Translations under genes and position numbers: made by a program | Notes under the pieces: generated by a model | Databases searched by the model: none | Told to the model about the DNA's origin: nothing | Seen by the model: the letters and a program-made list of their open reading frames with translations, nothing else | Shown: positions 1 through 8,417 of the stretch, piece after piece | Numbering within the stretch: the stretch's first letter is position 1 | Layout of the letters: every line of letters begins with the position of its first letter | From: Thermoplasmatota archaeon | Lineage (GTDB): Archaea; Thermoplasmatota; Penumbrarchaeia; Penumbrarchaeales; Penumbrarchaeaceae | Length of the DNA stretch: 64,000 bases | Reading direction: 5' to 3' | Assembly (NCBI GenBank): GCA_965234725.1 | Contig: CBDDUX010000008.1 | Location: 1-64,000 of the forward strand

Positions 1-63
1 GTCAAATATTAAAATGTGGTCAAATCAGTGGTTAAACTGTCAAAGTCGGGTTGTAGTAAAATT

Positions 64-534
64 CTAATAATGTTCCACATTGTGTATTTGGAACTTATTC
101 TTACTGTTCTTTTCAACCAATGTCCTAATTTCCTTTTGGAGGTTTCGGTGATAATTCATTCCAAGGAGAGTACTTGTTCCTGCACCAGCTGCGGCTCCTA
201 TTGCAGTACCAATAACTGGTACAACACTTCCGGCAATAGCTCCTCCAGTTGCAGGTCCAATCATGTTATTAAACCAGGATCCAGTGTGTACTTCAACAAC
301 AAAATCATCTTTTTCTCCTGTTATTGTAAATGTCACCTCTCTAAGTGCTCCAACAAATGCTCTCGGAACGCTTTTCCTGATAGCTACTATTGTCTTAAAA
401 GGTATTCCATCATTATCACCCTCCAATTCATTTACAATATCCAAATCCTTTTGGGACTGGAGTTCTGTTTTCATTCCATTATATACGCCGTTCAAATTCG
501 TGTTTAAATCCCTATAATGCTTTACAAATTGCAT
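64..534 (-). CDS. Hypothetical protein with a Gly/Ala-rich glycine-zipper-like hydrophobic segment
   Basis: 156-aa ORF with an AAGGAGG ribosome-binding site upstream; segment GPATGGAIAGSVVPVIGTAIGAAAGAG. Confidence 0.75.
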   Translation of the reverse strand: MQFVKHYRDLNTNLNGVYNGMKTELQSQKDLDIVNELEGDNDGIPFKTIVAIRKSVPRAFVGALREVTFTITGEKDDFVVEVHTGSWFNNMIGPATGGAIAGSVVPVIGTAIGAAAGAGTSTLLGMNYHRNLQKEIRTLVEKNSKNKFQIHNVEHY

Positions 535-844
535 CGTTTTTACCCTCCTTTAATCAAATAATTTCATTTCAGCTTTGTACCTTTTTTAATAAATATTTCC
601 ATTAGTACAACACTCTCAGAAGAATATGAACTTATTATATTGATTTCATAATTAGTTACAAGATTGATATTAATCTAATGCAAATCAAAGTGGTTCCGAA
701 TCTGGACAAAGACGGCAATTGTAAAGAATAATTCTTACAAGGGATTCACAGGAATCAAGGACTTTCAGGAGCTCTTCGAAGACGAAGAGGAAATTTTTTG
801 AAGTGAAAAGTAGTTCCGAGAATTAGTCATGAGAGGAAATCAAG

Positions 845-1597
845 ATGTATGAAGAGAATAGAGACTTCTTTCAAGCATTATGTTATTTCCTGGGACAAGA
901 AGATATCCAAACCGTTGATGAGTTATTAGATTACATTTCAAAAAGAACCTTCAAAGACCATCACGTGAAGAATGTAATATATCAATATTTAAGAAAAGTT
1001 GGAAAACAAAGACCTGAGCATAAAGAGAAGATCTCAAAAAAACTCGATATATTCAAGAAAACTAAATTCAAGAATTTCTTCATACACCTTAATGGTACAT
1101 TTTACAATCATGGAAACTTAACAAGCAATATAGAATTATTTGTGAATCAGAAATTGATATATAAAGGAAAAGCAGATATTCGTTTGAAAAATATCAAAAG
1201 AGCACTCACTGAAAATATTTCAATAGATTTGGATTTGAAAAAGAAAAATCCAAGATTTAGACATGGCACGAATCCAATATTCAGATTTGGAACATGTGAT
1301 CTTCACTGTTGTGCGTCAATTCTTTTATGGGAAATCAAACATATTTATGATGAACAAATCCTGATTGAGAAAATCTATTTGTATGCTCCACATTATCCTA
1401 ATGACCAGTCAAAAAATCTTTCTGGTCCAGTTATGATAACAATATCTGACCTTGAGAGTGAATTGAAGAGAATCCAAAGGATCAATGATCTATCAAAGAT
1501 TTATGGAATTGACGTTAAATGGAAAAAATCTTCGAGAAAAGGACAGAGATGTAGTTGGATTGGATACCTTGATACACCTTATGAAGGATTAAAGTAA
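845..1597 (+). CDS. Hypothetical protein (AT-rich island)
   Basis: 250-aa open frame in AT-rich DNA with GAGAGG upstream; no family recognised. Confidence 0.65.
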   Translation: MYEENRDFFQALCYFLGQEDIQTVDELLDYISKRTFKDHHVKNVIYQYLRKVGKQRPEHKEKISKKLDIFKKTKFKNFFIHLNGTFYNHGNLTSNIELFVNQKLIYKGKADIRLKNIKRALTENISIDLDLKKKNPRFRHGTNPIFRFGTCDLHCCASILLWEIKHIYDEQILIEKIYLYAPHYPNDQSKNLSGPVMITISDLESELKRIQRINDLSKIYGIDVKWKKSSRKGQRCSWIGYLDTPYEGLK

Positions 1598-1616
1598 AAT
1601 CAAATCATTTTCCCAA

Positions 1617-1633
1617 TCCAGCCCGAAGAGGAA
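1617..1633 (+). repeat. Intergenic motif copy A (TCCAGCCCGAAGAGGAA)
   Basis: TCC-N10-GGAA about 20 bp after the stop at 1597; same motif recurs in the following spacers. Confidence 0.6.
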
Positions 1634-1701
1634 AACATCATATCAAATGGAAGAAATTAGTGAAGTACTGGAATGTATAATTGAATTTAAGGAGTAATTG
1701 T

Positions 1702-2154
1702 ATGGAAATAATAAAAGTTATGGATAATAAAGATAAATATATGGACTTATTGCTATTAGGTGATGAACAGGAAAGTATGGTAAAAAAATATCTCTACAGA
1801 GGTGAATTATTTGCCTTATTTGATAATGATTTAAAAACGGTCTCTGTTGTAACACAAGAAAATGAGGAAATATATGAAATCAAGAATATAGCAACATATG
1901 AGAAATATCAGAGGAAAGGATATGGAAGTATTATGGTAAAATATATAATAGAAAACATAAAAAATAAAGGCAAACAATTATTGATTGGTACAGGAGAAAG
2001 TGATAATATAATTGCTTTTTATAAAAAATTTGGTTTTAAATATTCCCATACAATAAAGGATTTTTTTATAGATAATTATGATCATAAAATGTATGAAAAT
2101 GGAAAACAATTAAAAGATATGATATATTTAAAAATAGATTTTAAAAGTGTATGA
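1702..2154 (+). CDS. GNAT family N-acetyltransferase
   Basis: Acetyl-CoA motif YQRKGYG, plus LLLLGDE and FYKKFGF; AAGGAG RBS before ATG 1702; very AT-rich. Confidence 0.9.
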   Translation: MEIIKVMDNKDKYMDLLLLGDEQESMVKKYLYRGELFALFDNDLKTVSVVTQENEEIYEIKNIATYEKYQRKGYGSIMVKYIIENIKNKGKQLLIGTGESDNIIAFYKKFGFKYSHTIKDFFIDNYDHKMYENGKQLKDMIYLKIDFKSV

Positions 2155-2183
2155 AAATAAATAGATCATTAATGATATCGATT

Positions 2184-2200
2184 TCCACCCAATAATGGAA
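2184..2200 (+). repeat. Intergenic motif copy B (TCCACCCAATAATGGAA)
   Basis: TCC-N10-GGAA between two convergent genes. Confidence 0.65.
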
Positions 2201-2204
2201 AATA

Positions 2205-2600
2205 TCATCGAATTTTCCCTTGTAATTGACTCTTAAAATTTTTATTGAAAGAGTATTTCTTAATTGATCCTGTCTTTGGATATTCAATCATATTTTCTTC
2301 AAAAATTTGGAGATAATCTTTGAGTAAGAAATAATTTCCAGGTCTAATAGACCAATTTGAGGCTCTAATACAAACTTCTGTTTGATTATTTGATATTTTA
2401 AAGAACTTAATCTTCACTTTCGTGGGCCATTCCATTAAAGCATTTGCGGGATCTTCTTTGAATGAAAATAACTTACAAATGATAACTTCATCATTCTCAC
2501 TAGATATACTCCAATTTATTTCACTAAAAATCAATTTAGAATTATTAAAACATGAATTTGTATCAAGATCAATTTTAAATTTCGTTGTGAAGATGACCAT
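2205..2600 (-). CDS. Hypothetical protein
   Basis: AT-rich open frame; ATG 2600 preferred because the longer ORF runs through the poly-G/inverted-repeat element. Confidence 0.55.
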   Translation of the reverse strand: MVIFTTKFKIDLDTNSCFNNSKLIFSEINWSISSENDEVIICKLFSFKEDPANALMEWPTKVKIKFFKISNNQTEVCIRASNWSIRPGNYFLLKDYLQIFEENMIEYPKTGSIKKYSFNKNFKSQLQGKIR

Positions 2601-2646
2601 TAGAACTATATCAATAAAAATATAGTTAATACCTTTTCTTCCGCTA

Positions 2647-2663
2647 TCCACCCGAGAAAGGAA
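2647..2663 (+). repeat. Intergenic motif copy C (TCCACCCGAGAAAGGAA)
   Basis: TCC-N10-GGAA upstream of the minus-strand gene, same orientation as A and B. Confidence 0.65.
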
Positions 2664-2733
2664 CGGATCGAGAACAAAATTGAGGGGGGGGGGGATAACG
2701 GGTGTCTGGGGAGGACATTGGGATCTCGATCCG
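2664..2733. repeat. GC-rich inverted-repeat element enclosing a G11 tract
   Basis: CGGATCGAGA (2664-2673) and TCTCGATCCG (2724-2733) are perfect 10-bp inverted repeats; G run at 2684-2694; small internal TGTC/GACA hairpin. Confidence 0.65.
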
Positions 2734-2804
2734 CAAACCATAAAACGATTGAATTATTATTTAACAAACAAGATATTATTTCGTTTTAGAAAAAATAACA
2801 GAGA

Positions 2805-2821
2805 TCCGCCCATAATTGGAA
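2805..2821 (+). repeat. Intergenic motif copy D (TCCGCCCATAATTGGAA)
   Basis: TCC-N10-GGAA, closely similar to copy B. Confidence 0.65.
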
Positions 2822-2895
2822 TGATCTAACATATACCGAGAATATATAGCATATTGGTAGAAACCATTATAAAGTCACAACTCAAAAGAAGTATC

Positions 2896-3069
2896 ATGAA
2901 TGCACAATGTCCCTCCTGCGAATCAAAAATAATATCCTTCACAAAAAATGACCTAACAAGTAACAAAGTTTTTTCTTGTATTGATTGTGGAAATGAATGG
3001 AATATGTCCGTATATACAAACCCACCTAAGAAATCATTATTGAAATCATTTTTCGGATTGTACAACTAA
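2896..3069 (+). CDS. Small zinc-ribbon protein
   Basis: 57 aa with CPSC...CIDC pairs. Confidence 0.5.
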   Translation: MNAQCPSCESKIISFTKNDLTSNKVFSCIDCGNEWNMSVYTNPPKKSLLKSFFGLYN

Positions 3070-3094
3070 TATATTGAGAAGTTTAAACACCACT

Positions 3095-3111
3095 TCCCAC
3101 CAAAAGAGGCA
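3095..3111 (+). repeat. Intergenic motif copy E (TCCCACCAAAAGAGGCA)
   Basis: TCC-N10-GGCA, one arm mismatch, about 25 bp after the stop at 3069. Confidence 0.5.
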
Positions 3112-3286
3112 ATCATTTAGGAACATGTTATTGACATCTTCAAGGTTTTTCTTATGATTCTATTGGTCGTTTCCGACTTGCGTACGTTTTTCGCAAGAAT
3201 CGCACTTAAAGATCAATTCCCATATCCACATTGTAAATGAGAACCAAGATAAAATATCATGAGGTCCTGATCCTCTGCGGATTGAT

Positions 3287-3757
3287 ATGGACCTGATAGT
3301 ACGTGAAGCAGCAATGGAGGACCTCCCGGGAATAAAGAAACTGATCGAGGGGGTCTTTGATGAAAAAGTGGCCCATCTCTACTCTGAAGAAGGTGTAAGG
3401 ACCTTCAAGGGGTACATAGAACTCGGTAAGATGCAGGAGAGAATGAAAAGGAACTACTGGGCCCTTATCGCTGAGAACAAGGACCTCGAGATCATCGGCA
3501 CGATCTTCTTCAAGGACCGTAACCACATCAATCTGTTCTTCGTAAGGGCCGATCTTGAATGGAAAGGGGTGGGAAAGGCCCTCCTTGAAAAGGCAGTCAA
3601 GATCTCAATGGAGGAGGACCCCTCCCTCCAGAGAATTACGGTCAACTCTTCACCCAACTCGCTTGAGGTCTACAAAAAGATGGGTTTCAAACCAGTTGAC
3701 AAGGAGAAGGTCCTCCACGGTATCAGGTTCATCCCCATGAGCAGGATCATACCTTGA
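3287..3757 (+). CDS. GNAT family N-acetyltransferase
   Basis: LFFVRADLEWKGVGKALL and TVNSSPNSLEVYKKMGF; host-like base composition starts here. Confidence 0.9.
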   Translation: MDLIVREAAMEDLPGIKKLIEGVFDEKVAHLYSEEGVRTFKGYIELGKMQERMKRNYWALIAENKDLEIIGTIFFKDRNHINLFFVRADLEWKGVGKALLEKAVKISMEEDPSLQRITVNSSPNSLEVYKKMGFKPVDKEKVLHGIRFIPMSRIIP

Positions 3758-4184
3758 TGGGTCCTTCCTTGATCGTATTCAGTATCAGCTTCGTCTCTGT
3801 CCTTTCCACGAAATCATATGTTTGTAGCCTCTTGATGAATCGATCTAGTCCCGCTCGATTCCTGAACCTTGCAATTACAGTTGCATCAAAGGATCCAGTA
3901 TTATCGAAAACGGCCAGCACCGCTCCGTGCCTTGCGATCTTGGATTCGATCAACTGGAGCTTACCCTTGGCCACCCTCACATCGACAATCACATGGATAT
4001 CAAATCCCATGGTATCATAATCAACATCAGCAGAGTATCCTTTGATAATACCAGACTCCTCCATCTCCTTTACCCTCTTCATCACGGTGGAGGGAGAATA
4101 ACCCAGCTCCTTTGCGATCTCCCTGTAGGAATCTCTGCCTTTGGATAGCAGATGGTTCAGGATCTTTCTGTCAATTTCATCCAT
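3747..4184 (-). CDS. Lrp/AsnC family transcriptional regulator
   Basis: MDEIDRKILNHL..GRDSYREIAKELGYSPSTVMKRVKEMEESGII HTH followed by a RAM domain (TGSFD). Confidence 0.93.
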   Translation of the reverse strand: MDEIDRKILNHLLSKGRDSYREIAKELGYSPSTVMKRVKEMEESGIIKGYSADVDYDTMGFDIHVIVDVRVAKGKLQLIESKIARHGAVLAVFDNTGSFDATVIARFRNRAGLDRFIKRLQTYDFVERTETKLILNTIKEGPIKV

Positions 4185-4227
4185 GCGCGGGTATGTATGT
4201 TCAGAATACATATCATTTATCCTGAAA

Positions 4228-4266
4228 TAATGAACGTTCATTAAAAAAATATAAAAAATAATGAAC
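4228..4266. promoter_or_regulatory. Candidate operator between lrp and glnA
   Basis: Perfect 16-bp palindrome TAATGAACGTTCATTA (4228-4243); AAATAATGAAC at 4225 and again 31 bp later at 4256. Confidence 0.55.
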
Positions 4267-4334
4267 ATATGTCCAGGATTTTTTGGATCAAACTTTAATA
4301 TATGCTCTTCGGTCCCCATTCGGGGATGGAACAC

Positions 4335-5837
4335 ATGGAGATGAAGAAATTCGGCTTCGACGGACTCGAGGACGTAAAGGAAACACTGAGGAAGGATCCG
4401 GATATCAGGTTCATAAGGTTCATGACTGCAGATATGAACGGTGAAAGACCCTGCGGTTTCACAATACCTGTATCCGAACTGGGGAGTCATATCAGGTCGG
4501 ATGGTACCTTGGACCTGCTGAAGGAAACGAAGATAGACGGGATTCTGAAAGGATTCGATGCTTCATCACTTTACCCTGAACGGATCAATGAATCCGACAA
4601 GAACGCCTCTCTCGATTTCACAACGGCCAGGGTCCTTCCATGGTACTATCAGACCAAGGTCGGAGGGTATGACAGGAGATGGAGGGAGTTGGTTGTCTTC
4701 GGAGATATCATGGACCCAAAGAACGGACGATACAAGTTCGACTCCAGGTCCATACTGAAAAGAACCCTTGAAAAGGTCAGTGAACTGGGGATCGCTGACA
4801 CCGTTTACATCGGACCAGAACTGGAATTCTTCCTTTTCGAGGCCGATGAGACCGGGTATCCTGTTCTGGAGGAGTTCTTTGTGGACGACTGCAGATATCT
4901 GAAGCCAAAACCGGTGGACAAGGGCAGATACTTCAAAGGAGGAAGGTACGGAGAGATCCGAAAGGAGGCCCAGATGCTACTCCAGGATATGGGTTATCGC
5001 TCCGAGTATGACCATCACGAGGTATCGGAAAGTCAACACGAGATAGATCTCCACTACCTTCCGGCCCTGGAGATGGCCGACCTTGTGATGTTGTACAGAT
5101 ACATCATCAAGAAGGTGGCATCTTCCCACGGTCTATTCGCCTCTTTCATGCCCAAACCCATTGCCGGGATAAACGGAACAGGTATGCACACCCATCAATC
5201 CCTCTTCAAGGATGGAAAGAATATTTTCTACGATGAGAGCGATCAAAATCACCTCTCTATGGAATGCAAGAGCTACATCGCAGGGTTGATGAAGTATGTC
5301 CCTGAGATCACAGCCTCCATGAATCCATGGGTGAACTCATTCAAGCGCCTTGTTCCCGGATTTGAAGCTCCAGCATACATCTGTTTTGATATCCAGAACA
5401 GGTCGTCCCTCATCAGAATACCTGGCTACGATCAGAACAATCCCGAAGCTATCAGGATAGAACTCCGCAATCCCGATCCCTCATGCAATCCTTACATTGC
5501 ATTCTCCCTTCAGATCATGGCCGGTATTTCTGGAATTAGAGAGAAGATGGCTCCTCCAGAGATCAGGGACCTGAACATCTTCGAACTAACAGATGCAGAG
5601 ATGGAAGAATACGGGATAGCAAGGCTACCGGCCGACCTCGGGTCTGCCCTTGATCTCATGGAAGGGAGCTCCCTTGCTAGTGAGGTTCTGGGTGCCAGTT
5701 TCCTTGAACACTACATCAATGCAAAAAGGGTCCATCTCAAAGGATATTTAGACTCTCTCGGACACCGGATCAACGATTCATCGATGAAGGTCCAGATATC
5801 CAGATTCGAGGTAGAGGAGCTGCTCCCAATCCTTTAG
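4335..5837 (+). CDS. glnA: Glutamine synthetase family protein (type I)
   Basis: GFDASS, GPELEFFLF, HHEV..SQHEI, FMPKPIAGINGTGMHTHQSL, NSFKRLVPGFEAP, RIELRNPDPSCNPY; start could be 4326, 4335 or 4341. Confidence 0.9.
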   Translation: MEMKKFGFDGLEDVKETLRKDPDIRFIRFMTADMNGERPCGFTIPVSELGSHIRSDGTLDLLKETKIDGILKGFDASSLYPERINESDKNASLDFTTARVLPWYYQTKVGGYDRRWRELVVFGDIMDPKNGRYKFDSRSILKRTLEKVSELGIADTVYIGPELEFFLFEADETGYPVLEEFFVDDCRYLKPKPVDKGRYFKGGRYGEIRKEAQMLLQDMGYRSEYDHHEVSESQHEIDLHYLPALEMADLVMLYRYIIKKVASSHGLFASFMPKPIAGINGTGMHTHQSLFKDGKNIFYDESDQNHLSMECKSYIAGLMKYVPEITASMNPWVNSFKRLVPGFEAPAYICFDIQNRSSLIRIPGYDQNNPEAIRIELRNPDPSCNPYIAFSLQIMAGISGIREKMAPPEIRDLNIFELTDAEMEEYGIARLPADLGSALDLMEGSSLASEVLGASFLEHYINAKRVHLKGYLDSLGHRINDSSMKVQISRFEVEELLPIL

Positions 5838-6050
5838 GGACAGCAGACCCAACAGAGCACCAATGAAATTTGCCAGACCAGACCTGGCATGCACCATTCT
5901 CCATGCATGAAAACACATTTTTAACTAGTATTATCCGATATTATTTTTATCCGTAACAATACAACCAATATTGAAATCATTAATATTACAATGGATAAAA
6001 AATGTAGAAAGGATTATCTATTGACCTTTTGCTGTGAAGAAGGGTGCCGG

Positions 6051-7763
6051 ATGTTCAATCTGGAAATGGGATCTATAGGGCCAGGAAAAGCTAGCAGATC
6101 AATAACTATCATCTCCATCATTATTTTCATTACAATCAACCTGGCAGGTGGCACAGATGCCCAGGAAAAAGAAGAACTGGATATAATCTACTACTCAAAC
6201 AGTCCGTTTATCTACAAAACCGGAGAAAACCAGGTTGGGGGAATTGCGGTAGACATCATTTCTCCCCTACTCGAAGACAAAGGATATGGTCTTGTTTACA
6301 GGGAGATCCAACTCAATACATTTTCAGGAGAACTTGAGGAAGGGGGAGGAGATCTGCTTCTTGGATGCAATATCCAAAAAGATATCGAGGAAAACATCAC
6401 ATTCTCGGAAGAATCCATCTATTCCAATTGGGGGATCCTCTATTCAAACAAGGAATTCAAGGTATCGACAATCTTGGATCTGCATAAGAGCTGGATAGGT
6501 GTAGTAAAGGATGATATATACTATAACGGAGCAAACGGTTTGGAACATCTTCTTATCAGCTTCGGAATAGAGCCTTTCATTGTAGAGTTCGGTAACTATC
6601 AGGAGGTTGTCGAATCCATTGAGGATGGTGATGTGGATGTGGGCCTCCTCAACGCAGCCCTGGGAATGAGATTGGAGAATGACAGGGATATTAAAAGAAC
6701 ATCAGTCATATTCTCACCAATCGATATAGGAATGGCAGTAAATCAGGAAAAAATCGAGATGGTGGACCTTCTTAACGATCTGGACAAAGATATAGGAAGA
6801 ATGAAGGACGATCCTGATTCCAACTACTATACCACACTTGACCGCTATCTGGAGAATGAAAACAAGAGACCTGAAAAGGTGGTGATTCCAGGATGGCTCT
6901 TAAGGACCACCCTGATCCTCTTAGCATCTGTGGTCCTCCTTTGTGGAATTGCCCTCTTCCTCAGGGGAAAGGTAAGGTCAAGGACCCGGGAACTTGAAAA
7001 CACGAACTTAATGCTGCAAAATGATATCACGAAGAGGGAGAAAGTGGAATTGGAGCTTACAGATGAGAAGAACCGTTCCGTATTTTACCTTGATCTTCTC
7101 ATCCATGACATCGGCAATATCCACCAGGGTCTATTAAGTCATATCCAGCTTCATGAATTATTGAAAGGGGATCATGAAAAAGGCGAGAGGAATATCAAGC
7201 AGATGGCAGACCTCATGCAAAGGTCCCAGGTCCTGGTGAGGAACGTTAATAAGTTTACAGAAGCTGTCGGTCCAGAGAGGAAATTGGAACCAGTGGATAT
7301 TAAGCCGGTGATCATAGATTCACTCAGAACAGCGGTCCTTTCCACTCCTCAGATTGATATCGAGACGGAAACAGATCTGCTGGAAGGAGAGATCATGGTT
7401 AACTGTGGTCCTCTGATCGAGGACCTTTTCTACAATCTGTTTCATAACGCTGTTAAGTTCCACGATGGCCCCAAAGGAAAAATTGAAGTATCAGTCAGAG
7501 AAGAGGATAACGGCAAATGGTATGGAATCATGATATCAGATCATGGAAGGGGAATTCCCGATCATATGAAAGAGACCATATTCTCAAGGTTGGAGAGATC
7601 CACGGAGAGAAAGCATAGAGGGATGGGGTTAACACTTGTTAAGGTCCTGGTCAGAAGGTATGGTGGGACCATTGAGGTTGATGACAGGGTTTCGGGAGAT
7701 CACAGCAAAGGAGCCATCTTCAAGCTCAGGCTTCCAGTTTTAGATGAACGATCCACTTCATAA
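6051..7763 (+). CDS. Membrane sensor histidine kinase with an extracellular family-3 solute-binding domain
   Basis: Signal/TM segment, SBP-like domain, second TM, H-box LIHDIGN, N-box NLFHNAVKF, DHGRGI, GMGL; start uncertain. Confidence 0.88.
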   Translation: MFNLEMGSIGPGKASRSITIISIIIFITINLAGGTDAQEKEELDIIYYSNSPFIYKTGENQVGGIAVDIISPLLEDKGYGLVYREIQLNTFSGELEEGGGDLLLGCNIQKDIEENITFSEESIYSNWGILYSNKEFKVSTILDLHKSWIGVVKDDIYYNGANGLEHLLISFGIEPFIVEFGNYQEVVESIEDGDVDVGLLNAALGMRLENDRDIKRTSVIFSPIDIGMAVNQEKIEMVDLLNDLDKDIGRMKDDPDSNYYTTLDRYLENENKRPEKVVIPGWLLRTTLILLASVVLLCGIALFLRGKVRSRTRELENTNLMLQNDITKREKVELELTDEKNRSVFYLDLLIHDIGNIHQGLLSHIQLHELLKGDHEKGERNIKQMADLMQRSQVLVRNVNKFTEAVGPERKLEPVDIKPVIIDSLRTAVLSTPQIDIETETDLLEGEIMVNCGPLIEDLFYNLFHNAVKFHDGPKGKIEVSVREEDNGKWYGIMISDHGRGIPDHMKETIFSRLERSTERKHRGMGLTLVKVLVRRYGGTIEVDDRVSGDHSKGAIFKLRLPVLDERSTS

Positions 7764-8363
7764 TCCGGAAAGATCCTCAAGATCCTTGGCGAGCAGGACC
7801 TTGCTGGTCCTCTTCTGATTTCCAAGTGTATCTTCGATGGCAGGGCCATAATCATGCCCGGGTAGCACAAGGAGGTCATCAGGAAGTCCTTTTAACCTCT
7901 GAAGTGTTGTAAACATTTCCTTGATGCTCCCTCCCGGTAGATCGCATCTACCGCAATCTCCGATGAACATAGTGTCCCCTGTAACGAGATACCTGCCATC
8001 TGCTATCAGACAGATCCCACCGGGAGTATGCCCAGGTGTCTCAAGGAACTCCAGAGCACTATCTCCAACCTCCAACTTAGAACCCTCGGATACTATGATA
8101 TCAGCACCACTCACCTTCTCCGAACAGTACATGCTTGATACCGATCTCGCTCCAGTTTTTTTAATTACTTCCCTCATGGAGGATGAGTGGTCACCATGGT
8201 GATGGGTTAACACAACATATCTGAGTTCTAGTCCCTCTTCTTCAAGCCAGGAAAGTACACTGGAGGGATCATATCCGGGATCGATCAGGACCGCATCCTT
8301 TTTTTCGTGAAAAATATAGCTAAGATTGTCCTGCCCTACTACGAACCTCTTCATTTCTAGCAT
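7758..8363 (-). CDS. MBL-fold metallo-hydrolase (glyoxalase II-like)
   Basis: THHHGDH, TPGHTPG, TGDTMF, PGHDY. Confidence 0.92.
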   Translation of the reverse strand: MLEMKRFVVGQDNLSYIFHEKKDAVLIDPGYDPSSVLSWLEEEGLELRYVVLTHHHGDHSSSMREVIKKTGARSVSSMYCSEKVSGADIIVSEGSKLEVGDSALEFLETPGHTPGGICLIADGRYLVTGDTMFIGDCGRCDLPGGSIKEMFTTLQRLKGLPDDLLVLPGHDYGPAIEDTLGNQKRTSKVLLAKDLEDLSGL

Positions 8364-8417
8364 GATACCTGAGATATCGATGGCTAACTTTATCTTTACC
8401 CTTACTCTTGGTTGAAC

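Noticed and set aside
678-801. Possible small frameshifted gene fragment (MQIKVVPNLDKDGNCKE / GFTGIKDFQELFEDEEEIF)
   Set aside because: Too short to assign; it may also explain the weak motif-like matches at 701 and 776, so those are not counted as firm copies.
535-3260. Classical integron attC sites or a CRISPR array in the AT-rich island
   Set aside because: No RYYYAAC..GTTRRRY-bounded long imperfect hairpins were seen, and there are no identical 25-40-bp repeats with regular spacers.
4272-4287. TCC-N10-GGA match in the glnA upstream region
   Set aside because: Lacks the C-rich/A-rich core of the island motif; bare 3+3 matches are expected by chance over a window this size.
5872-5890. TGCCAG-7nt-CTGGCA hairpin after glnA
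   Set aside because: Only a 6-bp stem with no adjacent T-tract; not enough to call a terminator or ncRNA.
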